Position numbers and translations under genes: made by a program
Shown: one piece after another, positions 1 through 12,599 of the stretch
Layout: every line of letters starts with the position of its first letter
Position numbering within the stretch: the stretch's first letter is position 1
The notes under the pieces: model-generated
The model's input: only the letters and a program-made list of their open reading frames with translations
The model's database searches: none
What the model was told of the DNA's origin: nothing
Source of the DNA: Azolla caroliniana
Taxonomy: Eukaryota > Plantae > Polypodiophyta
DNA length: 64,000 nt
Reading direction: 5' to 3'
NCBI GenBank assembly: GCA_043228905.1
Contig: JBHGNT010000003.1
Coordinates: 17,856,001-17,920,000 of the forward strand

Positions 1-1400
1 GTTGGATATGCTTCGTCCGAGAATGGTAGGCTGCATTCTTAGCAAGATGGATGACACTTTGACTGTCGCAATAAAGTCGGTATTCATCTTGCCGGATACC
101 GAGCTCTCCGATGAGGTCCTTCATCCATAATATTTCCTTGACTGCTTCCACAACCGCCTTGTACTCCACCTCCATGGTTGACAATGCAACCGTCTTCTGC
201 AGCCTCGACTACCATGAAACAACTCCCCCTGCATATGTCATTACATACCCGGATGTAGACCGGTTGGTATCCACATCAGCCGACATGTCAGAATCGGTGA
301 AACCGTCAAGTTGAGGTTTTCCGGAGCCGAATCGGAGACACATATTTGAAGTGCCCTTCAAATACCGGAGTATCCATTTGACTGCGTTCCAGTGCTCCTT
401 GCCGGGATTGCTCATGAACCAGCTCACCACTCCGACTGCGTATCCTATATCCGGTCGGGTACACACCATTGTGTACATCAAGCTCCCGACGGCAGAGGCA
501 TATGGAATCTTCATCATATCCGCCTTCTCTGCTTTTGTCTTCGGGCTTTGCTTACCGGATAGCCTGCAGTTTGCCGGAAGTGTCGATCTGACCGGTTTCG
601 CATCTGACATGTTGAACCGCTGAAGCACCTTTGTCACGTACTTCTCCTGTGACAACCATAATTGCTTCATTGACCGGTTCCGCATAATATGCATCCCAAG
701 CATCTGTCTTGCCGGACCCAAGTCTTTCATTGAGAAGGTCCTATTGAGAGCCTTCTTCAGCATCCGTATTTTGGCTTGGTCCCGTCCGACGATCAACATG
801 TCGTCCACGTACAAAAGGAGTATCAGGAAGTCGCCTCCTTCAAACTTCTTCACAAACACGCAGTGATCGACATGCGTCTTGTGGTACCCTTGATCGGTGA
901 TGAAGGAATCGAACTTCCGGTACCATTGTCGGGGAGCCTGCTTTAGTCCGTACAGGCTCTTCTTCAGCTGGCATACCAGGTGCTCCTTCCCTTTCTCCAC
1001 AAATCCTTCCAATTGCCGCATGTAGATCTCCTCTTCGAGGTCACTGTGAAGGAATGTCGTCTTCACGTCCAGCTGCTCTACCTCGAGGTCCATGCTTGCC
1101 GCTATACTCAGCACCATCCGGATGGAGGTCATCTTTACTACCGGGGCAAATATCTCGTCAAATTCCATGCCCTTTTTCTGCTGGAACCCCTTCACAACGA
1201 TCCTGGCTTTGTATCTCGGGGGGTTGCCGGCATCTCCCGGTTTCAACTAGTACACCCACTTGTTTCGGAGTGCCCGCTTTCCTTTCGGCAACTCCACCAA
1301 TTCGTATGTATGGTTCTCATGCAGGGAATCCATCTCATCCTGCATGGCACTTAACCATTTGCGGCTGTGGGTGTCATCCTTCACTTCTTTGAAGCTTTCC
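1..1400 (-). pseudogene. copia RT/RNase H with an in-frame stop at 209
   Basis: ORF 209..1246: YKARIVVKGF, SLYGLKQAPRQW, YVDDML. RNase H-like sequence continues past the stop. Confidence 0.9.
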
Positions 1401-1486
1401 GGCTCCCCCTCATCGGTCAGTGGAACATGCTCTACATCCGGAAATCTCGGGGGCTCCCTTCTCTCTCTGAGAGGATATCTCCGTCT

Positions 1487-2629
1487 TCAGGCTTCGGTAA
1501 CCGGCTCCTCCATTTGCTCTTCATCCGAATCCGATTCGTGGTCTTGGCTGGTTCCGGTTTCAGCTTCCTCTACTTCTTCTTCAGCCTGTTCGGTATCCTC
1601 ACCGTAACTGGCTGGTCCCTCGAGTGCTAACCGGTCTCTTGCCGGTTGGGTCTTTTCATCGTAGAGTCGATCCTTACCGGTCGACTCGGAGTTCATTATC
1701 TTCTTCTCTGACTCCCAATCGGCGAGCGTTTTGTCCTCCATGAAGATAATATCTCGACTCTGGAATACCTTGTTGTCGACCAGGTCCCACACTCGGTAGC
1801 CGAACTCATCGTCACCGTAACCGAGGAATATGCATGGTCGGTTCTTTGGATCTAATTTTCCTCTCTGGTCCTTAGCTACATGCACGTACGCGAGACACCT
1901 GAATACTCTCAGATGCCGGTGGGACACTTCCTTACCGGTCCAGACTCTCTGTGGTGTGTCTCTGTCCAAGGGTACTGAGGGTGATCTGTTTATCACATAT
2001 GTCGCCGTCGACAGTGCCTCAGCCCAAAACTTCTTGGGTAGTTTTGCATGTGCCAGCATACTCCGGACCCTCTCCATTATGGTCCGGTTCATCCTCTCGG
2101 CCAGCCCGTTTAGTTCCGGCGTCTTCGGCACGGTGAATTCGAGCCGGATTCCCTTCGAGCGACAGTACTCCTCGAACTGCCCCCACAGCTCACCGGCAGT
2201 GTCGGATGCCACGTTCATTTCTTCCGAACATAACTGGGCATTCATTAGGTACAGAGTGTTGACCTTCCGGGCCCGAGCCACAATCAGGTTCCCTTTGCTG
2301 AACTTCATGACACCGTTCCGGATGCTACCCGTGTAGCCTTCATCATCTAGCCGACCGGCTAATATCAGGTTCAGAAGAACCTCCGGAACGTGTTGGACAT
2401 CCTTCAGCAACAACTTGCATCCGGTTGGTGTTGTCAGCCACACGTCTCCTATGCCGACAATTCGGCATGTACCTTCATTCCCCATCGGGACACAGCCGTG
2501 ATCACCGGCTGAGTAGAATGAGAAGCATTTCCGGCCCGGGGTAAGGTGGAACGATGCTCTGGAGTCGACCACCCAGGTCATCTCGTCGCCGGCAAGGTTT
2601 ATCTCACTCTCCTCGGTGATGAGCATCAA
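1487..2629 (-). pseudogene. copia protease-integrase with an in-frame internal deletion
   Basis: GELW is joined directly to GQFEEYCRSKGI, so the HHCC zinc finger and the first part of the rve core are missing. Confidence 0.85.
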
Positions 2630-2649
2630 CTCTTCTTCACTTGCCGCGA

Positions 2650-3460
2650 TTACCGTCGTCCCCTTCCGGTCCGGTATCCACTTCGAATCGGTACTGTCAG
2701 TTTCCTTGTCCTTTCGGAAATACCGACAGTTCTTCTGGAAGTGTCCCGGCTTGCCGCAATAGAAGCAAGTAGGTCTCCCCTTGACTTTAACCGTGTCCCC
2801 GACTTTTCCTGGTTCTGGGGACTACGGTTTCTTTGTCTTCCGCGTTCCGATTCGGTAAGGAGCGCTTTGGAGTCGGAGCTCGTATCTTTATCTTTCCGAC
2901 GCGCCTCCTCATCTAGCAAGCTCGACTTTACTCTTGCTAGGGATAACCATTTTCCTTCCGGCCCGGCGTTGCCCAAAGTGACAACCAACGTCTCCCAGCT
3001 ATCCGGGAGGGAACCGAGCAGGAGTAGCACTAGTACCTCATCGGCGAGAGATACTTCCAATGAAGTTGCCAGGTGGATCAGCCCTTGGAAGGCATTCATG
3101 TGCTCCGCCATGCTGGAGCCATCTTGGTACCGGTGTCTTACTAGCTTCCGGAATACCGAAACCTGATTAATAGCATTTTTGTTTTGAAACATAATGTCGA
3201 TCTTCTCCCATAGCTCATGAGCCTTGCTCTCTTCATTGAAGTTGTTGTATAGGCTCATGTCGATGAAGCACCGTATGTACGCCGTTGTCTTCATGTGCAT
3301 CACCTCCCATATTGTGGCGTCGATCTTGTCCAGTCTCTTGTCCCCGAACTGAACCGGTAAGCAAAGATCTTTAACCACGAGCATGTCCCTCATCTTCAAT
3401 TTCCACACTGAATAGTTGGAGCCGGTGAGCTTGAACATGCCGCCTAGCGATTCGTCCATT
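2650..3460 (-). pseudogene. copia gag, frameshifted before the zinc knuckle
   Basis: ORF 2650..3540: KLTGSNYSVWK, LLLGSLPDSWETLV. Confidence 0.85.
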
Positions 3461-3488
3461 TTCTGTGTCGTTTCGCTCTGATACCACT

Positions 3489-4048
3489 TGACAGTTACGC
3501 GCTCTCTCTTTCCTTGCACAATCAAGAATAACAACCGCAACTAAAAGTTTGCCCTAAGTCATATTTATACTAATATGACTTTTCGGCTATTTACAAATAT
3601 AGCCATGATGGACTCCCATAAACATATTTACTGATATGTCTCTTCATCCGGTGAGCACTTCTCACCGGGTCTGCACCATCCGGCTATCCGTAACTGGGTA
3701 CTCCTCATCCGGTTCTCATCGGGTCTGCACCATCCGGTTCTCCGTAGCCAGGTACTCCTCGTCCGGTTCTCACCGGGTCTGCACCATCCGGTTCTCCGTA
3801 GCCGGGTACTCCTCATCCGGTTCTCACTGGGTCTGCACCATCCGGCTCTCCGTAGCTTGGTACTCCTCATCCGGTTCTCACCGAGTCTGCACCATCCGGC
3901 TCTCCGTAGCCTGGTACTCCTCATCCGGTTCTCACCGGGTCTACACCATCTGGTTCTCCGTAGCCGGGCACTCGTCATCCAGTTTCTTCTTCCTTCCCAT
4001 CCGCACTTTTCTTCTTCCTTCCCATCCGGAGGGACCTGTCTCCCAACA
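3489..4048 (-). repeat. 5' LTR containing six 54-bp CCGG-rich tandem repeats (~3658-3983)
   Basis: TG..CA ends next to the PBS. Homologous to the solo LTR at 30716-37085. The repeat translates as 18-aa RMRSTRLRRAGWCRPGEN units. Confidence 0.88.
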
Positions 4049-5099
4049 TGATGAAGGTCCTCAGGAGCTGAAGACAGATTCGGCCAAAAGGGCCTTGAAG
4101 ACGGTGAATGAGAGGTTGCATTGGTCAACTCGCCACCGAAACCTTGTGATCTAATACGGGTATAATGAGTACATGGCGCATCATTATGCATACATGACAA
4201 AAGTGGCAGAGAGCTACATAGAGGCAACACAGGATGCGAAATGACAATCGTCCATGGAGGAAGAGATGCACACATTGGCCAAAAATGAGACTTGGGACCT
4301 AGTTGATGTCGTCAAAGTCAGATTCTTCATTTTTCATTCAGCAAGCTCAAAATGGGTCAGTTAGCATACTGCTATATGCGGATGACTTGGCCAATGTCGA
4401 CACCGACCTTGAGAAAATCAGCCGCATAAAGTCTCAAATGGCGGCATCATTCAAGATGACTTGGGGGACCTTCACTACTTCCTCAGGATCTAAGTGATCC
4501 GAACCCCCAAAGGCATATTGACCAACCAACGCCATTATGTGTTGAATATGCTCTTCAAATTCGACATGAAGGATTGCAAATCAATCTCAACTCCTGTGGA
4601 CATGAACATTAAACTTCACCTCGGATTACAAACAGCTTGCACGCGATATGGTTCTGATAGATTTTCGAAAGCTGTTACGAAGACACTACGACTCTTCTAA
4701 GTACATAGCAGATAGTGATGTGTTGGATCATTTATGTGTTCAAGAGAGAAAGGAAAGGGCGGAAGGAGACTCACCCTCTGTAGCAGCCCAAAATTTCTAT
4801 TTCATTACACAGAGAAACCTCTCTCTTCTGTTTTTTGTTTTCTACTTACTGCAGTCTCCTACTCATTCTTACTTTTTTACCTAAGTATATAAGTGACTTA
4901 CATATTCAGCTAATTAGCTGTGAGTAGCTAAATAGTTGCGAGTAGCTAAATAGTTGTTTTACCTATATGTCTAATAGTAGCTAATTTCCTAATAGCTACT
5001 ATAGAATATCTTAGTTACCAATAAGCATCACATGCTTTTGTTGAGCTTGATTCTTAACACTCCCCCTCAAGCTCAACTTATCCATTCTTGAGATCATCT

Positions 5100-6376
5100 T
5101 AAGTCTTCTTTCCTTCATGCTTTCCATCTATCATACCAATGCTTATAACTCCCATCATGTCTCTAAACTATGTATGTTTTTTCATGCTCAATCCCTTTGT
5201 AAGAATATCAGGCACCTGTTGATTTCTACTCACATACAACAGATCCACTTGTCCATCAATCACTTTTTCTCTAACAAAGTCATAATGCACTTCAATGTGC
5301 TTTGTTCTTGCATGGAACACTGGGTTTTGTGTGAGCTGAATACTGCTCATATTGTCACACCAAATTGTGACTGCACCATCTATATACTCTCCCAAATCAC
5401 CAAGCAATCTTCTGATCCTCAAAATTGTTCTAATGCAATCCAAATGTGGCTTTGTTGGCTATTGCATAAACAGGCTGACTAATCCAACTACATAACTCAA
5501 ATCAAGTCTTGTTATAGTCAAGTATATGAGACTGCCCACCATAGACCTGTACATGTTCACATATGCAATTTTTGCTCCCAAATCAGCCCTCAATTTGTAG
5601 TTCTTATCCAATGGTACACCAATAGATTTGCATCCAAGCATTCCATACTTTTTAAGCATAGTTGTTCCATACTGTTTTTGCAACATATATATACCACTTT
5701 CAGATCTGATTATCTCCATACCAAGAAAGTATTTCAGCTCTCCCAAGTCCTTCATATGAAACTCCATTTCCAGATTTTTCATCAATTTGCTTATTTCATC
5801 AATAGAATCACCACCAATGATTAAATCATCTACATAAATCAAAATCACAACAATGCAGTCATTCACAATCTTTACATACAGTGATGGATCAGTCTTTGAC
5901 ATTTCGAAAGCAATTTTTTTCAGAGATTCTGAAATATCTTTATGTCATGCTCTCGGTGCTTGTTTCACTCCATAGAGAGCCTTTTTCAACTTACAAACAT
6001 ATTTTGGATGCTTCTTATCTTCAAATCCTGGTGGTTGACACATGTACACTTGCTCTTCTAAGTGACCATGTAAAAAAGCATTTTTTACATCCATATGGTG
6101 CAAAAACCATCTTTTGGCTGCACTTACAACAAGTAGTGTCCTCAAGGTTACCATTTTTGCAACCGGTGCAAATGTCTCATCATAATCAATTCCTTGCATT
6201 TCGTCATATCCCTTTGCAACAAGTCTTGCTTTATGTCTACTTACATTCCCATTGGAATCATGATTTGTTTTGTAGACCCATTTGCAACCTACCACATTTT
6301 TTCCTTCTGGCATTTTTACCAAATCCCATGTTTTGTTTTCATCCAATGCATCCATTTCTTCTTGCATTGCATGCAC
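5100..6376 (-). pseudogene. copia RT and RNase H of the 4673-37555 element (stops, deletion between domains)
   Basis: [38 protein letters not shown]. Confidence 0.9.
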
Positions 6377-7174
6377 CCATTTCTTATCATCTTTTCTTCA
6401 TCAAAACTATCTGGATTAGGGATTTGTACCACGTTAGACATGTATGCATAATGCATAGCCATGTATGTATCATAACCATATCTTTCAACCGTGTTTTTCT
6501 CTCTATCTGATCTTCTCAATTTCTGATTTGCATCTTTCAATGCTTCTTCAATACGAGGCATTTTCAAGACTCGTATACCCAGCTCATCATCCAATGATAC
6601 ATCTGAATATACATCTTCCATGTTTTTAGATCCTTCATCAAACATTTCATATTCTGACATCTTCTGTTTTCCCTTTTTATCATCATTTTTTTTTTCTTGC
6701 ATTCCTTCCACTCCAAGCATTCAAATCAGATTTACTACCAGAGTTTTTAGATGGTCCAGTACATTCTGTTGATGTTGTATTTTGTTGTCCAACCTTCTTT
6801 CCATTTCTATGGCAATCTCTTGGGTGAAAGCATGCGAGTGGAAACAATTAGCTATGTCCTTGACATAGCTAATTAGCTATGCAAAAAGCTACCATTGATA
6901 ACTAGTCATTTTAGTAAAAAGCCCTCATTAATAAATTAACTATGCAAAAAACTACCATTGAAAATACTAGAGTGTTTTAATTACATATGTAACTGAGTGT
7001 CATAAATGTGCAACATAAACGTGCAACATAAATTGATATGTGCACCATAAATTATATATTGAATTCCTAGGTCCATTATGCATGATCCTTTGCCACATCA
7101 CGTAGGCCATCTCTAGTTGAGTATTGTGGGTTAGTTGCTACCACTGTTGCTAAACCCTATCGAGTCCACCTGCC

Positions 7175-7496
7175 GCCACTCTACACTCAAGGGCCGCTAC
7201 TGTGCATTCCAAGCATCATCAAAGTGCTGCTCAATCTGACGGGGTTCTCTTCTCTGTGCCACTCTACACTCAGGGGCCGCTACTGTGCGTTCCAAGCATC
7301 ATCAAAGAGCTGTTCAATCTGACGGGGTTCTCTTCTCTGTGCCACTCTACACTCAGGGGCCGCTACTGTGTGTTCCAAGCATCATCAAAGAGCTGTTCAA
7401 TCTAACGGGGTTCTCTTCTCTGTGCCACTCTACACTCAGGGGTCGCTATTGTGTGTTCCAAGCATCATCAAAGAGTTGTTCAATCTGATGGGGTTC
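7175..7496. repeat. 83-bp tandem repeat, ~3.9 copies
   Basis: Unit GCCACTCTACACTCA...CTCTTCTCTGT starts at 7175, 7258, 7341 and 7424. Confidence 0.9.
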
Positions 7497-7946
7497 ACAC
7501 TCTGAATGATAAGGAAGCAGTTGATGGAGAAACAGGGCAGAATGCTGACTTCACATATGAGGGGCTTGGAGATACTTTGAGTGATGTCCTGAACGTTGGG
7601 GATAACTTCGTTGTAATTGCTGAAGAAGGCAATTCAGAGGGTGCTGATTTCTATATATTGAAGTGCACAGTTAGTAAACAATGTGCAAGGCAGAATATTG
7701 TAGATGCATGGGGAAATTTTGTATCTGTCGGGACATTCTACATCGAAGGCATTTTTTATGCAAAACTAGATGACTATGAATATGTGTACAGGCTGTTAGA
7801 AGACAAACCAGCGGCGTACATGTACTCTCATTTGGTCAGGTGCATCAACGTCCCAATGTGAGAATACAATAGTTCCTCAGGTTTATACATTGTTGGTGCT
7901 AATGTGTATGAATGTATCTACAATAGTATGCCATGGAATTTGTAGC
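7497..7946 (+). pseudogene. probable C-terminal fragment of the transposon's own protein (VGDNFVVIAEEGNSEGADFYILKC)
   Basis: Protein-like ORF 7451..7861 with a likely readthrough segment to ~7946. No DDD/E core is visible, so the assignment is inference. Confidence 0.4.
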
Positions 7947-8293
7947 TACAAGTAGCACTTACCATGTTCTCTTGTAAAACAAACATGTATTTCGCAAAAA
8001 CAGCTAAATAAATTCGTTTGAGAATCAATTTCTTGTATACAGTCTGCTTTCTGTGCTTCTTTCTCAATAAAATCATGTCTTTTTTGTTAAGTTTTAAGTT
8101 ATAAGTTATAGCGAAATAGTCATCAGTAGCTAATTAGTTGTACAAATGCAGCTAATTAGCTGTCAATAGCTAAATAGTCATCAATAGCATGAAATCAACA
8201 ATCTGCAACATATTCCTCAAATTACACAATAGATAAGTACAGTGGGAACAAGTAATTAAATTCTTCATTGAATAATTTCATCTCTTTACATAT

Positions 8294-9025
8294 TTATAAA
8301 TTACCATTGGAAATGTCTACAAATCTCCTATAAACAGCTAAGCTCTTGCTAGTCAATGGAACGAGTCTACATATATTATCCGCATATCGAGCTCGGTATG
8401 GAGTCCACAACCATGCACCTAGTTGGCAGCTCACTGTTTGCACCAGGTATTGTTCAGGCATTTCCTCGGGTAGAATGAGACAGCATCTCCGAATATTGAA
8501 GTAGTGCCGGAAATGTTCTGTATCCAAAATCAATGTATTGTCGGCATTATATTCAGGCCAAGTAGCCCAAAAATCAGAAAGTCTCTTGAATCTTGCAGCT
8601 TCCATTTGCTCACAATTTTCTCGTGCCCATTGACCTTTAAAACGACTTCGCCATTTTGGGAAGAATCTTGCTAAACACTTCCACACATCTGATTTTGGTT
8701 TTTCACTCCAAATAAACAAATCAAAGTATTGCACAACCCACTCTAGAAACTGATTCGCGTCCCTCCTTGGCTGCATATATCTCACACTCATCAAGACTTT
8801 ATCAAGCTCCAAGATCAAGGCTCTTCTTTCGACTTCTAGTGGTTTAGGTTTCCATTCCTGAAACTGAGCCGTTGTTACACCTTTTTCTAGTAGGATACGA
8901 TCAATCTCAATCAGCTCAGGCTCGGCCGACACAACTGGCGTCCTTTTCCTCTTCAAACCCCTAGTCGATTGTGTTGGTCCTGGCTTCACATTCTGGTGCT
9001 CTTGTTTTGTCGACTTAGTTATCAA
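8294..9025 (-). CDS. FCP1/NIF (HAD CTD-phosphatase-like) domain exon with non-catalytic motifs, inside the transposon
   Basis: RRALILELDKVL (cf. LVLDLDxTL), RRDANQFLEWVVQYFDLFIWS (cf. RPxxxEFL...FEVxIWS), KRLSDFW, NTLILD. Confidence 0.6.
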   Translation of the reverse strand: MITKSTKQEHQNVKPGPTQSTRGLKRKRTPVVSAEPELIEIDRILLEKGVTTAQFQEWKPKPLEVERRALILELDKVLMSVRYMQPRRDANQFLEWVVQYFDLFIWSEKPKSDVWKCLARFFPKWRSRFKGQWARENCEQMEAARFKRLSDFWATWPEYNADNTLILDTEHFRHYFNIRRCCLILPEEMPEQYLVQTVSCQLGAWLWTPYRARYADNICRLVPLTSKSLAVYRRFVDISNGNL

Positions 9026-10067
9026 TCCTTGGATTACCTCGGTGCATGTAGCTACTAATTAGCTCGATATCAGTCCACTGGTATCACATGTTGCATCTAC
9101 CTGCAACACCAAGTCATCCGTGCAACATGCTTGATCAACTTGTGTGACCAGATCACTTGTGTCAGTTGCTACATCTACTTTCAAGATGGGGCCCTTTAAA
9201 CATGCCGCAACATCAACAGTATCCACACTACCATTGGCCTTACGAGCAATAGAATCAAACCCTTTAGACTCTGCAACATCAGAAAACACCAACATATTCA
9301 CACTCACAAAGTAACTAATAGTCTCACAAAACAACATCTTGAACATCAAAGAGTTTCAGTCATAGAACAACACTCTTCAAATTATCTTGGAAAAACATCA
9401 TAGAGGTCCATTACATAATGTGGATCAAGCAACAACCAATCTGAGGTTTTACTTGTCCAACAGGATAGTAAAACTTCATAAAACCCTAGAAAAATCCCTA
9501 AGCTAACAATCATATCCAACAAAACAATATTTCGCTCCACTACGCCCGGGCCCCTTGACCGAGTAACCGGTCTTGTTCCCGATCATGGCCCCTTCTTCAA
9601 CCTTTTTCTGGTCGGTTCCCCATTTAGCCTTGCTTCTTTCACCCAATGCACAAGTGTGTCCTCCGACAACCTTCCCATTGCCTCAGCAGCTAATTGCACA
9701 TCAGCCGTTTCTTGAACTAGCTTTTCAAGTACAGAGGGATCTGTTTGGACATTTTCAGTAGTTGGGCTCGGTGGGGTGGAATCAAGGTCTTGAGATTCGA
9801 AGAAATGTTGCATCAAGTGTTCATAAACACTGTTGTTGTGAACCTCAGTTTTACATGTTGTTTCCACTATTTCATGGCATTTCACATCGTTGCCTAATTC
9901 AGTACACTGTTCCAAAAGAATCGGGTGGAGCTGATCTGAAGGAGATGTGATAGCAGGACTCTTACTTTCAGCCACGTTGGCAACAGTATCCTCATCTGTT
10001 GCAGCGTCATCAGCACCAGACACATCATGTGTCGTCCTTAATCCACAAGATTCTACAATAACATGGC

Positions 10068-11232
10068 AGCTATTTAGGATAGCTAATTAGCTACTTTACT
10101 AAACTATGGTAGAAGCTAGGCTACCTAATTAGCTAGTACGATAGCTAATTAGTAGTATGATAGCTAATTAGGATAGCTAATTAGCTAGTACGATAGCTAA
10201 TTAGCAGTATGATAGCTAATTAGGATAGCTAATTAGCTAGTACGATAGCTAATTAGCTACTTTACTCAACTATGGTAGTAGCTAGGATAGCTAATTAGCT
10301 ACTATGGTAGCTAATTAGCTACTTTACTTAACTATGGTAGTAGCTAGGATAGCTAATTAGCTACTTTACTCAACTATGGTAGTAGCTAGGATAGCTAATT
10401 AGCTACTTTACTCAACTATGGTAGTAGCTAGGATAGCTAATCAGCTACTTTACTAACTATGGTAGTAGCTAGGATAGCTAATTAGCTAGTAGGATAGCTA
10501 ATTAGCTACAATGATAGCTAATTAGCTACTTTCTCAACTATGTAGTAGCTAGGATAGCTTATTAGCTACTACGATAGCTAATTAGCTGCCAGTAGCTAAT
10601 TAGGTACTAGGATAGCTTATTAGCTACTTTACACAACTATGGTAGTAGCTAATTAGCTATCCTACTAGCTAATTAGCTATGGTACACAACTATGGCAGTA
10701 GCTAATTAGCTACTAGGATAGCTAATTAGTTGCCAGTAGCTAATTAGCTAGTAGGATAGCTAATTAGCTTTTTTACACAACTATGGTACTAGCTAATTAG
10801 CTAGTACCATAGCTAATTAGCTACTAGGATAGCTAATTAGCTACTAGCTCATTAGCTGCCAGTAGCTAATTAGCTAGTAGGATAGCTAATTAGCTACTTT
10901 ACACAACTATGGTGCTAGATAATTAGCTATGAGTAGCTAATTAGCTAGTAGCTAACTAGCTGGCATTAGCTAATTAGCTGCCAGTAGGATAGCTAATTAG
11001 CTAGTAGCTAACTAGCTGGCATTAGCTAATTAGCTGCCAGTAGGATAGCTAATTCACTAGTAGCTAACTAGCTGCGACTTAGCTAATTAACTATTGTAGT
11101 AAACTATGGCAGTAGCTAATTAACTAATAGGATAGCTATTAGCTACTTTAATCAACTATGGTAGTAGCTAATTAGCTACAATGGTAGCAGCAAAATAGTT
11201 TCCATACTTTTTACGGCTTAGCTAATTAGAAA
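10068..11232. repeat. array of the palindrome TAGCTAATTAGCTA
   Basis: Dozens of copies separated by short variable spacers (e.g. CTTTACTCAACTATGGTAG). Confidence 0.95.
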
Positions 11233-11244
11233 AGACTAAGCTTA

Positions 11245-11604
11245 TTAGCTACAGTATGGTATACCTGTTAGTTTTCTCCACTCATTTGGTAGAGTTGTAC
11301 TGCAATCTCCCAAACAGAATGCAGCAATTCGACAGGCATGTTGAAAACAAAGCAGATGGTATGTGTGGTTGCATGGTTGTAGGTGAACCAACAAAGACGC
11401 AGTTTTGTCCTCCACACCTAACCCGCAAGCGATGCAACGTGCTTGAACTGTCAATAAATCATTTTCTAGTTCTGCTTCATTTGGTAAGGGAGCAAGAATG
11501 TTCAGGTCCAAATCCTGTCTAGTCCTTACCATTCCCTCCACAAAATGTAGTTGCTTCTTAAGGCAACTAACTACCTGTTCTTGATGAATGTATTGTTCCT
11601 TCAA
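11245..11604 (-). CDS. RING-H2-like zinc finger exon inside the transposon
   Basis: CIAC-x(n)-PCNHTYHLLC-x(n)-CLGDC ligand pattern. Confidence 0.6.
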   Translation of the reverse strand: MKEQYIHQEQVVSCLKKQLHFVEGMVRTRQDLDLNILAPLPNEAELENDLLTVQARCIACGLGVEDKTASLLVHLQPCNHTYHLLCFQHACRIAAFCLGDCSTTLPNEWRKLTGIPYCS

Positions 11605-12194
11605 CGCAACAGAGAAATTTACCGATTAATTATTCCTGTTGTTGAAAGATACACCAACTTTGCCCAGGAATCGTTAACTTACTTGAAGCTTATCCAAATT
11701 GTAATCTGCAACAGTATTTACACCTAGAAGGTCCAGGTTCATTGAAAGAACCTGGATCTCTATTTGCAGTTGTATTTTATGCTGGGGATATAGTGGCCCC
11801 TCTAATTCAAGCTCCTATTGTGCAACCTATTCCAGATAATGCTTGATTAGCACATTTTACCCTCAAAGTTATTTATAACACAATCACATACTAGCAAAAC
11901 AATAGTTACCTGAATCTTATTTCTAATCGTTGTAAAAGCGGAAGTAACTTTGCTCTCCATTGCAGGAGCCATTGTGGCTTTCTCTAAATCAGTCTTAAAA
12001 AATGCCAATGTCTCATAGGCTTCATGGACATTTTTTAGGATATAGCTAACCAATGTCTCACCTGTATCATCGACATTGGCTTTCCTTGGGTGTCAATGTG
12101 GTGTATGCCCCAAGTCTTGCTGGGAGTCGGCAGTTGCATCAACAGCTACCATGCTCCAAAATCTGTCTATTTTTTGTGCCAAGGTCCCCATCTT

Positions 12195-12590
12195 TCAACA
12201 TCTTTTTACCGATGCCTCACCATAGACTGCCCAAGCTACCCTATAAATTTCAGGGTCTCTAGATTCCTTCGTTGTTTTGCAGTACTCATATGCAAATGCT
12301 CTAGCAAATGAAACTGACAACTCATTGTTGACTGGGATCTCCTGATGAACTTTCTGGTGCAGCCTCATGCAGTCATCGTACAAGTCGGCTCGTACATGCT
12401 TCAGCTTGACCTTGCCTTTGACTTTAGGCACTGTATATACTGTCATCCAGTCTACATCACTGATCAATTTATCACTTAGGACAGCAAGGTCAACACCCTC
12501 GAGTGATAGACCATAGGTGTTGTGGAAGTCCTCCTTTGTCTCGCAAAATTTTGCGAAGTTTAGCACTCTCGAATACGGAGGAACGAGCCA
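12195..12590 (-). CDS. upstream exon of the transposon cargo gene, function unknown
   Basis: Open 123-aa minus-strand frame with protein-like composition, co-oriented with the RING and FCP1-like exons. Confidence 0.4.
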   Translation of the reverse strand, partial: WLVPPYSRVLNFAKFCETKEDFHNTYGLSLEGVDLAVLSDKLISDVDWMTVYTVPKVKGKVKLKHVRADLYDDCMRLHQKVHQEIPVNNELSVSFARAFAYEYCKTTKESRDPEIYRVAWAVYGEASVKRC

Positions 12591-12599
12591 TCTGAAATA

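Larger units (their letters stand above)
1..4048 (-). mobile_element. Ty1/copia LTR retrotransposon (Tnt1/Tork-like); 3' end lies outside the window; degenerate
   Basis: Minus-strand gag (2650-3460), protease (WVVDSRASFH), integrase (TPELNGLAERMNRT), RT (LLYVDDML) and RNase H start (FTDSDMS). iMet PBS TGGTATCAGAG at 3476-3486. 5' LTR 3489-4048. Confidence 0.93.

Noticed and set aside
3628-4275. Repeat-protein ORFs (RMRSTRLRRAGWCRPGEN)n, also at 36766-37403
   Set aside because: Translation of 54-bp LTR tandem repeats, which are open in several frames; not genes.
4905-4960. TAGCTAA words in the host copia LTR resembling the TIR element's motif
   Set aside because: Short low-complexity match ~1.9 kb from the insertion site; no evidence of targeting.
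10068-11232. CRISPR-like look of palindromic repeats with spacers (also the 83-bp repeat at 7175)
   Set aside because: Spacers are short and themselves repetitive, there are no cas genes, and the context is a eukaryotic transposon.
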